Origin: an uncultured Actinomycetes bacterium
GTDB lineage: Bacteria > Actinomycetota > Thermoleophilia > Gaiellales > Gaiellaceae
Direction of reading: 5' to 3'
Length of the DNA stretch: 64,000 nucleotides
Assembly: GCA_963765295.1 (NCBI GenBank)
Contig: CAVXVO010000004.1
Location: 349,059-413,058 of the forward strand
A program made the translations under genes and the position numbers. Below the pieces are notes generated by a model. The model saw only the letters and a program-made list of their open reading frames with translations, was not told the DNA's origin and did not search any database. Shown here piece by piece: positions 1 through 8,364 of this stretch (position 1 is its first letter; each line of letters starts with the position of its first letter).

Positions 1-32
1 AGGATCGTAGTCGCCGAGTAGAGTCGGCGCCG

Positions 33-836
33 ATGATCGACCGTGTCCGCGTCGAGCCGGGGCACAGGCCGAAGATCGCCGAGCGCGATCCGCGGGACAT
101 GCTCGGCCTCGTGGACAAGGCCGAGGCGAAGGAGCGGCTCGTCGAGCTGCACGCGCGTCTCGAGTCCCTCCACACCCGCTTGTACGCGGAGGGGCGCCGC
201 AGCGTGCTGCTCGTGATCCAGGGGATGGACGCGGCCGGAAAGGACGGTGTGATCCGCGCCGTGCTCCAGGGCGTGAACCCGCAGGGCTGCCGCGTCGTCT
301 CGTTCAAGGCGCCGGCCGGCGCCGAGGTCGCACACGACTACCTCTGGCGGATCCACGCCGTGCTCCCGGCCCGCGGCGAGATCGGGATCTTCAACCGCTC
401 GTACTACGAGGACGTCGTCACCGTCCGCATGCTCGACCTCGCGCCGAAGGAGGTCTGGAGCCGCCGGCCGCACCACATCAAGGAGTTCGAGCGCATGCTC
501 ACCGACGAGGGGACGACGCTGGTCAAGGTCTTCCTCAACGTCTCGCGCGACGAGCAGGCCAAGCGCCTCCGCGAGCGGATCCAGGATCCCGAGAAGCGCT
601 GGAAGTTCCGCAAGGCCGACCTCGACGTCCACGAGCGCTACGACGAGTTCATCGCCGCCTACGAGAACGCGCTGGCGGAGACGTCGACCGAGTGGGCGCC
701 GTGGCACGTCGTCCCGACCGACCGCAACTGGGTCAAGTCGACCGCCGTCGCGACGCTGCTCGTGGACACGCTCGACGAGCTCGACCCGCAGCTCCCTGCC
801 GGCGAAGCCGGGATCGAGCAGATCACAATCGACTGA
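33..836 (+). CDS. polyphosphate kinase 2 (PPK2) family phosphotransferase
   Basis: 267-aa ORF with ATG at 33. PPK2 hallmarks are visible in the translation: P-loop-like QGMDAAGKDG, YLWRIH and FNRSYYEDV. Confidence 0.9.
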   Translation: MIDRVRVEPGHRPKIAERDPRDMLGLVDKAEAKERLVELHARLESLHTRLYAEGRRSVLLVIQGMDAAGKDGVIRAVLQGVNPQGCRVVSFKAPAGAEVAHDYLWRIHAVLPARGEIGIFNRSYYEDVVTVRMLDLAPKEVWSRRPHHIKEFERMLTDEGTTLVKVFLNVSRDEQAKRLRERIQDPEKRWKFRKADLDVHERYDEFIAAYENALAETSTEWAPWHVVPTDRNWVKSTAVATLLVDTLDELDPQLPAGEAGIEQITID

Positions 837-866
837 CGCGGGCGCCGTTACAATGGCGCCGCTCGC

Positions 867-948
867 GGGGGTGTACCCGAGTGGCCAAAGGGGACGGGCT
901 GTAAACCCGTTGGCTCAGCCTACGGAGGTTCGAATCCTCCCGCCCCCA
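867..948 (+). tRNA. tRNA-Tyr (anticodon GTA)
   Basis: Cloverleaf read by eye. Acceptor is GGGGGTG/CGCCCCC with one G-T pair. Anticodon stem ACGGG/CCCGT carries loop CTGTAAA. It has a long variable arm and T-arm GGAGG-TTCGAATC-CTCC. No CCA is encoded. Confidence 0.9.
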
Positions 949-1046
949 TTTCCTCGATTTCCAGGGAGAATCAGATACACCAAAAGGCCAGGTACGAACC
1001 CGACCTCCGCCTGGCGCCGTCTCGGCTCAGCTCATGTGCTCGAGCA

Positions 1047-1532
1047 TCACACGACGAGTGATCGATACGCCGGCGTGAGCTCCTGCCAGCGCGCCTTCCA
1101 GTCCGATTCGCCCCCGGCCAGGTAGCGGCCGAGATCCTCGATGTGCGCCTGCCATCCGGCGCCGTGCTTGTAGAGGACGTCGAGCGGCAGCCCACGCTCC
1201 TCGACGACCAGCCGCGTGCGCTCACCTTCCGCGGTGAGCACGGCTTCGATCACAGCCTCGTCCTCGGTCTCCGGCTCCATCGTGACCACGAGGTGGTGTG
1301 GGGGGTCACAGACATCGACGCGTCCAGGGCCTTCCCAGGTGCTCGTGAAGCGCGTTTGCACGGCGCCGCCGACCCTTAGGTCTCCCTCGACCGTGGCGAT
1401 CCAGCGTGCGAGCCGGTGAGGCTCGGTGATGGCCGACCAGAGGTCGGTGATGTCGGTGTCGTAGACATCCTCCACGCGCACCGCACCGCGTTTCTCGTCG
1501 AGGCGGCGCATGCTGCCGAGGATCCGGCTCAT
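1047..1532 (-). CDS. SRPBCC / AHSA1 (activator of Hsp90 ATPase-like) domain protein
   Basis: 161 aa with ATG at 1532 preceded by AAAGGAGAGG. Its ATGA overlaps the upstream paralog stop. It shows the typical AHSA1 N-terminus (VEDVYDTDITDLWSAITEPHRLARW). Confidence 0.85.
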   Translation of the reverse strand: MSRILGSMRRLDEKRGAVRVEDVYDTDITDLWSAITEPHRLARWIATVEGDLRVGGAVQTRFTSTWEGPGRVDVCDPPHHLVVTMEPETEDEAVIEAVLTAEGERTRLVVEERGLPLDVLYKHGAGWQAHIEDLGRYLAGGESDWKARWQELTPAYRSLVV

Positions 1533-2041
1533 GTCGCCTCTCCTTTCGCCAAGGCCTCGTAGGCGGGAAGCAGCTCTGCCCAGCGCGACTCGCTGCCTGC
1601 CAGCTCACGCCCGGCGATGTGGGCGGCGAGGTTCTCGAGGTGGATCTGCACCCCGGCTCCGTAGGCGGGGAGCAGAGGCAGGGGCAGGCCCCGATGCTCG
1701 AGGAGCAGGACGGTCTGCCCGCCGTCGGCGGTCAGCCAGGCCTCGATGACGGTGGAGGTCGGCTGACCCGGCCGGGCGTCGGGATCGTGCATCGTGACCA
1801 GCAGCCGCCGCGGGGGCTCGCACGCGTCCACGCGCCCGGTGCGTTCGCCCGCGTCGGGAATGCGCACGTGCAACTCACCGCCCAGGCGGAGGTCGCCCTC
1901 GACCTCGCCGTACCAGCGGACCAGACGTCTGGGATCGGTCAGGGCCGCCCACAGGTCGTCGATATCGGTGTCGTACCGGTCCTCCAGCCGCACGACCCCG
2001 TTGCCGTCCTCCGATCGCAGGCTGCCCAGGATGCTCGTCAC
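1529..2041 (-). CDS. SRPBCC / AHSA1 domain protein (tandem paralog)
   Basis: The ORF track gives 1529..2134. I chose GTG at 2041 because it overlaps the ArsR stop as GTGA. The translation parallels its neighbour (LEDRYDTDIDDLWAALTDPRRLVRW). Confidence 0.8.
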   Translation of the reverse strand: MTSILGSLRSEDGNGVVRLEDRYDTDIDDLWAALTDPRRLVRWYGEVEGDLRLGGELHVRIPDAGERTGRVDACEPPRRLLVTMHDPDARPGQPTSTVIEAWLTADGGQTVLLLEHRGLPLPLLPAYGAGVQIHLENLAAHIAGRELAGSESRWAELLPAYEALAKGEAT

Positions 2042-2364
2042 TTGTCGCTCCTTCGTTCGCGCTTTCCCCGGGCCACCTCCGTGTGCAGGGCATCTAGCCG
2101 CTGCTGCCACAGGGCCCGATACCGGCCGAGCCATTCGTCGACCTCGGCGAGCGCTTCGGGGCGAAGACCGTAGACCCGGCGCTGGGCCTCCTGGCGAAAC
2201 TCGACCAGCCCCGCCTCCCGCAAGACCCGGAGATGCCGCGACACCCCAGGCCGTGCAATCGGCAACAGCGCGGCCAACTCACCCGCGGTGGCCGGGCCCT
2301 CCGTCAACGCCTCCAGCATCGTCCGCCGGCTCTCGTCCGACAGCGCCCGCAGAACAGCTTCCAT
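2038..2364 (-). CDS. ArsR/SmtB family winged-helix transcriptional regulator
   Basis: 108 aa with the ArsR HTH signature ESRRTMLEAL...AGELAALLPIARPGVSRHLRVLREAGLV. It is the first gene of a three-gene, translationally coupled operon. Confidence 0.9.
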   Translation of the reverse strand: MEAVLRALSDESRRTMLEALTEGPATAGELAALLPIARPGVSRHLRVLREAGLVEFRQEAQRRVYGLRPEALAEVDEWLGRYRALWQQRLDALHTEVARGKRERRSDK

Positions 2365-2400
2365 GGGTTGACCGTACCATAATGGTTACGTAACCGTCAA
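2365..2400. promoter_or_regulatory. candidate ArsR operator / promoter region
   Basis: A perfect 12-bp palindrome GGTTACGTAACC lies at 2384-2395. It is nested in imperfect outer arms TTGACCGT...ACCGTCAA, immediately upstream of the ArsR start. The surroundings are locally AT-rich (CCATAATGG). Confidence 0.35.
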
Positions 2401-2474
2401 GGTATACAAGACGAGCCGAGAGGCCGACGCCGGCGGAGGACCGGCGTCGGCGGTACCCGGTCAAGCTCGAGTCT

Positions 2475-3629
2475 TCAGGATGTCAGCACCGGACTGGCAA
2501 ACGCGGAGCCAGACGCGACGTCCTGTTCGTTCGGATCGATGGTTCCCAGGTTCTCGACGACCTCGAACCGGCTGTCTCTTGCCTGGGCGATGTACATGTT
2601 CATTCGAACGTGATGCTGACCGGGCACCATTTCGGCCGGACCGCCCGGCCCCTCGGGGATCGCTGCGTGGTCGAGCGCCTTCACGACATCGTCCTGCTCG
2701 AGCGAGCCTGCCTCTCGCACGGCGGCCTCCCAGAGCTTCAGGCCTCGGTACATGCCTGAACACGCGCTCCCGGCAGTGAACTGGGCGTTGCCCGGATAGA
2801 GCCTGTCGTACTCGCCGAGCAGTTCCTCGCTGAACGGGTCGCCGACGCTCTGGTAGTAGTCGAGGCAGCTGTACAGACCCTCCACGTGCGCGGCCGGCAC
2901 CAGGTTCAGGAAGTTCTCGTCGAAGTACGTGCAGACGAGGGATCCACCTCTGCTCGTGAAACCGGAGTCGTAGAGGAGCTCGAGGAACGGTGTGAGCCCG
3001 GGTGGCACGATCGTGTTGAAGACCACGTCTGCGCCGCTGGCCGTGATCCTGTCGACGGTCTCTGCGTAGTCGGTGTGGTCGAGGGGGAAGTACTCCTCTC
3101 CGACGATCGCACCACCGTTCGCCGCGACGACCTCACGGACCTTGTCGTTGAGCGTGTGCGGCCAGATGTAGTCCGCCGACGGCAGATAGAACTTCTTCGC
3201 TCCCGTCTCCTGCATCAGCCAGGGGATCAGCGGTTCGACCTGCTGCGCCGGTACCGGCCCGGTGCAGAAGATGAGCGGATCGCATTCCTGCCCTTCGTAC
3301 TGCTCCGGGTAGATGTAGAGCGTCTTGCCCTCCACGACGGCCGGGCCCTTGATCGCTTGCCTCATCGAGCTGTAGATGCCGCCGAGGATCACATCGACGT
3401 GGTCTTGCCGGACGAGCTTCTCTGCCTTGGCCTCGCCGACGCTGTCCGTGGTCTCGCTGTCCTCGAGGCACAGCTCGACCCTTCGTCCCAACAGCCCGCC
3501 GCTCGCATTGATGTCTTCGATCACCATCTTCGCCACGTTTGCGTTGGCGATGCCCATGAACGACAAGGGGCCTGTCTGGTCCGTGATCACGCCGACCTTG
3601 ATCGGACGAGCTGAAGCTGACTCTTGCAT
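2475..3629 (-). CDS. AmiC/urea-amide-type periplasmic-binding-fold ligand-binding protein without signal peptide (cytoplasmic sensor-like)
   Basis: I used the internal ATG at 3629, preceded by GAGGAGAAAAAG; the 621-aa track ORF is an out-of-context extension. The 384-aa translation starts MQESASARPIKVGVITDQTGPLSFMG..., typical of Leu/Ile/Val/amide-binding type I PBPs. It has no hydrophobic leader. Confidence 0.8.
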   Translation of the reverse strand: MQESASARPIKVGVITDQTGPLSFMGIANANVAKMVIEDINASGGLLGRRVELCLEDSETTDSVGEAKAEKLVRQDHVDVILGGIYSSMRQAIKGPAVVEGKTLYIYPEQYEGQECDPLIFCTGPVPAQQVEPLIPWLMQETGAKKFYLPSADYIWPHTLNDKVREVVAANGGAIVGEEYFPLDHTDYAETVDRITASGADVVFNTIVPPGLTPFLELLYDSGFTSRGGSLVCTYFDENFLNLVPAAHVEGLYSCLDYYQSVGDPFSEELLGEYDRLYPGNAQFTAGSACSGMYRGLKLWEAAVREAGSLEQDDVVKALDHAAIPEGPGGPAEMVPGQHHVRMNMYIAQARDSRFEVVENLGTIDPNEQDVASGSAFASPVLTS

Positions 3630-3675
3630 TGGCTTTTTCTCCTCTTCAGACTGGTTTGCGGTTCTCGGGCGGCGG

Positions 3676-3918
3676 TCAGACGAGGTCATGCTCGAAGGCC
3701 CAGCGGGTCGCCGCGGCGCGGCTGTGGACCTCGGCCTTCCGGTAGACGTTCTGGACGTGGTGGCCGACGGTCTTGGCCGAGATGCCGAGATCCTCGGCGA
3801 TCTCCCGATTCGACCCGCCGCGCACGAGGACGAGCAGGACCTCCAGCTCGCGCTCGGTGAGCCCGGCAGCAACCTCGCCTCCCGCGCGCGGAGAGGTACT
3901 AGGCGTCGTATCGGCCAC
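3676..3918 (-). CDS. stand-alone LuxR/GerE-type helix-turn-helix protein
   Basis: 80 aa with LTERELEVLLVLVRGGSNREIAEDLGISAKTVGHHVQNVYRK, a canonical GerE HTH. No receiver or ligand domain is present. The start is uncertain, and it overlaps the upstream ORF by 20 nt. Confidence 0.8.
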   Translation of the reverse strand: MADTTPSTSPRAGGEVAAGLTERELEVLLVLVRGGSNREIAEDLGISAKTVGHHVQNVYRKAEVHSRAAATRWAFEHDLV

Positions 3919-4171
3919 CGAGCTCCGCCGCCTGCGGCTTGCCCTTGTGTCCTGCCTCTTGCATGATCGGCGGCACTTCGGGGTCGGAGACGAAGCTCTG
4001 CCACCCCTGCGCGTCCCAGTCGAACAGTACCCAGACCCGGTCGTCCTCGTTCGGGTCGCGGAAGACCGTCGCGCCCTTCGACCCGTGCTGCTTGCGCTTC
4101 TCGGCGCCCTTGGTCGAGAAGACGTCCACGAACCGGTCGTAATCCTCGACCTGTGTCGTTGCCAGAATCAT
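3899..4171 (-). CDS. small conserved hypothetical protein (about 90 aa, possibly Dabb/ABM-like fold)
   Basis: ATG at 4171 is preceded by a GGAGGAGGAGGAG Shine-Dalgarno run. The translation MILATTQVEDYDRFVDVFSTKGAEKRKQHGSKGATVFRDPNEDDRVWVLFDWD... looks like a genuine globular protein. The family is not identified. Confidence 0.6.
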   Translation of the reverse strand: MILATTQVEDYDRFVDVFSTKGAEKRKQHGSKGATVFRDPNEDDRVWVLFDWDAQGWQSFVSDPEVPPIMQEAGHKGKPQAAELGGRYDA

Positions 4172-4340
4172 TGCTCCTCCTCCTCCTCCGTCGCTTGACC
4201 GGACGAGCATGCGTTGCGCAACGCCAGGCCGCATCGGGCGAACGCCCTATGCCGCGCGAACGAGGTCGTGCTCGAACCAGACCGTGGCCGCGCCGCGGCT
4301 GCGAACGCCGGCTCCACGCCCGGCTAGAATCGCCCCGCAC

Positions 4341-4413
4341 GCCCTCTTAGCTCAGCTGGTAGAGCACCTCCATGGTAAGGAGGGGGTCGACGGTTCGAGT
4401 CCGTCAGAGGGCT
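4341..4413 (+). tRNA. tRNA-Thr (anticodon GGT)
   Basis: Acceptor GCCCTCT/AGAGGGC and D-arm GCTCAGCTGGTAGAGC. Anticodon stem CCTCC/GGAGG carries loop ATGGTAA. T-arm is GACGG-TTCGAGT-CCGTC. Confidence 0.9.
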
Positions 4414-4502
4414 TCGCTCAGCAAGGCCGTGATGCGAAATACGAGCGAGGTCATGCCTCGCGATCGGCGCTGATCCGCCCCGCGGTGCGCGGTCTGCGGT
4501 TG

Positions 4503-4886
4503 CTACGCCGTTGGGAGCGTTGGGTATTGCTGAAGTAGGTCGAGCAGGCGGCCGATCTCGAGCCCGCTTTGCAGCTGGTGCCGCATTTCGTTGCTGGTCT
4601 TGATCGTGTAGTGGTTTCTGCGGCCGATGTGTTCGCGATCGATGTAGCCGGCTTCGATCAGCTCCGCGACGATGCGCTGTGCGGCTCGTTCGGTTATCCC
4701 TACCTGGACTGCGATATCTCGGAGTCGGACGTCTGGATCGTGGGCGAGGCAGAGGAGCACCTGGGCGTGACTGGTGAGGAATGTCCAGGGCTTCTCGTCC
4801 TTGGCGGGCTTCTCGTCCTTGGCGGGCTTCTCGTCCTTGGCGGGCTTCTCGTCCTTGGCGGGCTTCTCGTTCTTGACAGGCGACAT
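4503..4886 (-). CDS. winged-helix (MarR/ArsR-like) DNA-binding protein with N-terminal (KPAKDE)n repeat
   Basis: The C-terminal part (VRLRDIAVQVGITERAAQRIVAELIEAGYIDRE) is a wHTH. The N-terminus is five KPAKDE-type hexapeptides. I chose ATG at 4886. The alternative ATG at 4931 adds 15 codons of atypically AT-rich sequence. Confidence 0.7.
   Translation of the reverse strand: MSPVKNEKPAKDEKPAKDEKPAKDEKPAKDEKPWTFLTSHAQVLLCLAHDPDVRLRDIAVQVGITERAAQRIVAELIEAGYIDREHIGRRNHYTIKTSNEMRHQLQSGLEIGRLLDLLQQYPTLPTA
4791..4880. repeat. 18-bp tandem repeat, 4 perfect and 1 diverged copy (cttctcgtccttggcggg)
   Basis: Counted directly. Perfect copies lie at 4791-4808, 4809-4826, 4827-4844 and 4845-4862. A diverged copy lies at 4863-4880. 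The repeat is in frame and encodes KPAKDE on the minus strand. Confidence 0.95.
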
Positions 4887-4973
4887 TTTTAGCGTATTCT
4901 TATTGTCGTCATAAAGTTGTCCGGTTTGCATCGTAGCTCAGATCCTGCTGTCAGATCAACCCAGGAGGTCGAG

Positions 4974-5351
4974 ATGAGTGCTACGTGGCAGGAGCCGGTC
5001 ATCGGCACCGTCGACGTGACAGGAGCGATCACGGCTATCGATCTGAAGGGGGAGTTCGACGTCGCGAACGCGCCGGAGGTGATCGAGCATGCCGAGCGGG
5101 TTCTCGAGGCGGGTCGCCATCTGATCATGAACCTGAGCGATGCCACCTTCATCGACTCGGCGATCGTTCATGCCTTGTTCAGGGTCAACGAGACCGCCGG
5201 CAGCAAGGGGAGACAGTGTGTGCTCCAGTTCGGCACCCATCCGGGAGTCGAGCGTGTGCTCTCGATGACGGGCGCGGACAAGAAGCTGGCCTGCGCTTCC
5301 ACCCGCCGGGAAGCGATCGATTTGATCAACCTCCAGACAGCATCCCGGTAG
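4974..5351 (+). CDS. STAS-domain anti-sigma-factor antagonist (SpoIIAA-like)
   Basis: ATG at 4974 follows AGGAGG (4963-4968). The 125-aa translation has the STAS layout (IDLKGEFDVANAPEV...LIMNLSDATFIDSAIVHAL...). Confidence 0.8.
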   Translation: MSATWQEPVIGTVDVTGAITAIDLKGEFDVANAPEVIEHAERVLEAGRHLIMNLSDATFIDSAIVHALFRVNETAGSKGRQCVLQFGTHPGVERVLSMTGADKKLACASTRREAIDLINLQTASR

Positions 5352-5668
5352 CGCCGATGAGCATGGGTGAGAAGGGGAGAGCTCGACGTTCGGGTCGACG
5401 GCGTCGTGGTGGTGGTGCTTCGCGGTGAGCTCGATGTCGCGACCGGAGCTGATGCGTCGGCTGCGCTGGGCCTCCAAGACGCCTTCGTGGACGCCCTCGC
5501 CGACCCCGACGAGGGCCGCGTCTGACCGTCCCTGTAGGAACCCGACGGCGACAGACTCGGCGTTCGGCGCCCAGACCTTTGAATGCGACCCGACCGCCCG
5601 TCATCGGAACCGACCGAAACGGGGACACCCAGCCATCGGCGAGCAGATCGACGTACGCTTGGTCGTGA

Positions 5669-6235
5669 TTACCTCTGCTCTACGTGCTCTTCGACGGCTG
5701 GAGCATCCATCCGGCTCGCTGCCATACGGTTGATGCCGCTGCTGAGGCGTCCGCCTTCAGCGAGCTTGGTGAGCTGCTTGTCCGCCTTGCGTTCCTCGTC
5801 GATCGTCTGCTCGAGGAGCGACGCGGCAGCGTCGAAGTCGAGCTCGCGCGCCAGCGCCCGCGCCGTCCCGTACGCGGCCAGCTCGTAATTCTCGATGCGC
5901 TGCGCCGCGCCGATCAGGGCCGCGTCGATTGCTACCGCGTCACCGGTTGCCTCCGCCGTCACCACCGCGTCTGCGACCAAGCCCCGCATCGCTTCGCACG
6001 TCGTCTGGCCCGGCATCGCGAGACCGATCTCCACGGCTACCTGCCTCAAACGCTCGACATGCACACGAGTCTCCTCGAGATGAGCTTCGAGCGCATCCCT
6101 GAGATCGTAGGAATGCGCGGCCGCGGACAGTCTCGGTAGCCCCTCGACGAGCTGTTGTTCGGCGCTGTACAGGTCGGCGACCTCCTCGACCAAGACATCC
6201 GATAGCGAATTGAACTCCACATCGACCTCCTTCAA
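5669..6235 (-). CDS. DUF892 / YciE-YciF ferritin-like stress protein
   Basis: 188 aa with the family signature EEVADLYSAEQQLVEGLPRL...AHLEETRVHVERL...ENYELAAYGTA. Confidence 0.85.
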   Translation of the reverse strand: MKEVDVEFNSLSDVLVEEVADLYSAEQQLVEGLPRLSAAAHSYDLRDALEAHLEETRVHVERLRQVAVEIGLAMPGQTTCEAMRGLVADAVVTAEATGDAVAIDAALIGAAQRIENYELAAYGTARALARELDFDAAASLLEQTIDEERKADKQLTKLAEGGRLSSGINRMAASRMDAPAVEEHVEQR

Positions 6236-6337
6236 GCTAAGCGCGGCCTCGAATTTCGAGAACGCGATGTCGTTTCAGATCCAACGTTCTTTGGGCTCAT
6301 CGGCCTTCTTCTACGGTCGTCGCCTGGGCAGCGCTGG

Positions 6338-6562
6338 CTATTCCTCGATCACGGTCCGTCTTCGGCGCGGACCGCGGTCCACGAAGTAGCCGGGGCCGGC
6401 CCAGCTCGACCAGAACACAAGCGAGAGCAACGCTCCGACAATGCCGACGACGAGCAGGATGTAGCCGACCGTGTGGATATTGAATCCGCTTGTACTCACA
6501 TGAACCGCCCAGGCCATGATGGCACCGGCGGCGATCAGGATCATGCTGACTCCAAGTCCCAT
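6338..6562 (-). CDS. small two-TM membrane protein (DUF6458-like)
   Basis: 74 aa, MGLGVSMILIAAGAIMAWAV... with two hydrophobic helices and a basic tail. Confidence 0.7.
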   Translation of the reverse strand: MGLGVSMILIAAGAIMAWAVHVSTSGFNIHTVGYILLVVGIVGALLSLVFWSSWAGPGYFVDRGPRRRRTVIEE

Positions 6563-6578
6563 TGATTCCTCCTTGTGG

Positions 6579-6716
6579 TCAAACCGTCCGTCGCGCGAAG
6601 AACCCGACCAAGGCGACTAGCGCACAGACGAGCAGCACGAAGAACAGAAACTTTGTCACGAACACGCCGCCGAAAATAGCGACGGCGAGTAGCAGGATTA
6701 GTAGCGCAATTAGCAT
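6579..6716 (-). CDS. very small hydrophobic membrane peptide (45 aa)
   Basis: I chose the internal ATG at 6716, preceded by GAGTGAGGGAA. The translation MLIALLILLLAVAIFGGVFVTKFLFFVLLVCALVALVGFFARRTV is almost entirely transmembrane. Confidence 0.5.
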   Translation of the reverse strand: MLIALLILLLAVAIFGGVFVTKFLFFVLLVCALVALVGFFARRTV

Positions 6717-6880
6717 TTCCCTCACTCCTGAGTCGCTTGGACACATCAATCCCCAAAACAACGGCACGTTTAAACAGCAATGATGCGTGGTACCCGGCCG
6801 CCGGAATCCGCCGCGCGGCCGCACCCCATCCGCTACTACGCATCCGGTGTGGGCAGATCTTCCGCCGGAAGAGAAAGCGG

Positions 6881-7729
6881 CTACGACTTGGTGGTCTTCC
6901 GCCGTCGCCTCTTCGCCCGGGATGCAGTCTTACGTCGGCGTGACTCCTGGACGGCGTCCATGCTCGCGCGGAGCGCCTCCATCAGGTCGGCTGGTGCCTC
7001 TTCGTCTGCGGCAGGAGCGACGTGGACGCGGTCGCCTTTCTGCTTGCGCTTGATCACGGCCGTCAGGGCGGCCGTGTATGTGTCCTTGTACTTGGAGGGC
7101 TTCCAGTCGCCGGCGAGACTTGCGATCAGCCCGGTGGCGAGCTCGAGCTCGCGGCTGGAGACGGTGGGCAGCTTCGCCGGGACGATTCCGCGGGGCGGAT
7201 CTACCTCGTCGGCGAAATGCATCTGCTCGAGCGTCAGCACCCTGTCGCGAACCCGGAGGCAGCCGAGGTACTGGCGGCTGCGCATCACGAACTTCCCGAT
7301 GCCCGCCAGGCCTGACGTCTCCATCGCCCGGACGAGCAGCGCGTAGGCCCGCTCGGCGCCCTCCTGCGGTCCGACCAGGTACGTGTGTGCGAAGAAGGTC
7401 GGGTCGATCTGGTCGTAGGGGACGAAGTCCTCGAGTTCGAGCGCGTGGCCGCCGCCCTCGACCTGGGCGGCCTCGAAGTCCTCGTCCTCGAGGTGCACGA
7501 GCGTTCCCTTGGTCACCTCGAAGGCCTTGACGATCTCGTCATCCGGGACGGGCCTGTCCTCGAGCTTGCAGACCTTCTCGTACCCGATGGCGCCGTCGTC
7601 TCTGGCGTGCAGGAGCTGAAAGCGCAGCTTGTGCTCGTGAACGGCGGTGTAGACCCGGATCGGCACGTTCACGAGCCCGAAGCTGATCGATCCGGTCCAA
7701 AGCGACCTCGGCGCGCCCGCACGGGGCAT
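6881..7729 (-). CDS. ku: Ku protein (non-homologous end-joining DNA-end-binding protein)
   Basis: Start at ATG 7729 (MPRAGAPRSLWTGSISFGLVNVPIRVYTA..., the canonical bacterial Ku N-terminus). The C-terminal tail is Lys/Arg-rich. No ligD is adjacent. Confidence 0.9.
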   Translation of the reverse strand: MPRAGAPRSLWTGSISFGLVNVPIRVYTAVHEHKLRFQLLHARDDGAIGYEKVCKLEDRPVPDDEIVKAFEVTKGTLVHLEDEDFEAAQVEGGGHALELEDFVPYDQIDPTFFAHTYLVGPQEGAERAYALLVRAMETSGLAGIGKFVMRSRQYLGCLRVRDRVLTLEQMHFADEVDPPRGIVPAKLPTVSSRELELATGLIASLAGDWKPSKYKDTYTAALTAVIKRKQKGDRVHVAPAADEEAPADLMEALRASMDAVQESRRRKTASRAKRRRRKTTKS

Positions 7730-8364
7730 CCTTCGTCTATCGCCGTTCCAAGCGCGACGCAAACACGACCAGGGCTGCGTTACGGCAGCCAAACGACGAG
7801 GGCCGCGACCCGACAAGAAACACCGTGCGAGCACCAAGTGCATACGATCACCTCGATCATCGCCTCCGAACTCTCGGCCGGCGCACTGTGCGGAGTGCCG
7901 CGGGTTTGAAAGGTGGCCGGCCGGGAGACATTGAGCCTGAACGCGAGCCCGCGACCGTGGAATGGATCAGGGTGCTCGCTTCGCACCAACCTGGCGTATG
8001 GCTGGAGGGCCTCAGGCCGAGGCCCTTCAGCACCTGCTCGGCAGCCAAGACTGGACGCGGCCGTATACACGGTTGATGTTCAGGAGTCCCTGCGCGAGGT
8101 CATGGCTCATCCCGATGTCTGTCGGACGTCGGATCAGCTGGCGGTCTCGCCGTCCTGGTGCGACCGGGCCTCTTCGTGTGGCCTCGCTCTCCGTCTTCGC
8201 CGCGGACTTCGCCGCCCCCGCTTCGAGCAGCGCCCGAAGGTGCGCGAGCACCGGCGGGATGGGTTTGAACGAGTCAGACCACCTCGTTGATAGGGAAGTC
8301 TCGCAACCAGCGTCGAGCAGCTACAAGGTCTTTGGGTTCGGAGGCGCGTTCTCGGCGCGTCGAA

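Noticed and set aside
2478-2492. A third copy of the island arm motif (GATGTCAGCACCGG)
   Set aside because: This is a single octamer only. It lies at the stop codon of the AmiC-like gene, 36 kb from the island, and is most likely a chance match.
3630-4340. N-terminal extension of the 621-aa ORF 2475..4340
   Set aside because: The extension crosses the GerE-HTH and small-protein genes in another frame and is Arg/Ser/Pro-rich. An internal ATG (3629) with a good Shine-Dalgarno sequence starts exactly where the binding-protein homology begins.
4791-4880. Possible CRISPR array
   Set aside because: The 18-bp units are directly adjacent with no spacers. They lie in frame inside a coding sequence. 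No cas genes are present in the window.
7850-8364. Short ORFs between ku and the DUF6328 gene (for example 8027..8251 minus and 7913..8290 plus)
   Set aside because: They are mutually overlapping with no recognisable motifs and no ribosome-binding sites. I left the region unannotated and mentioned it only as an unexplained gap.
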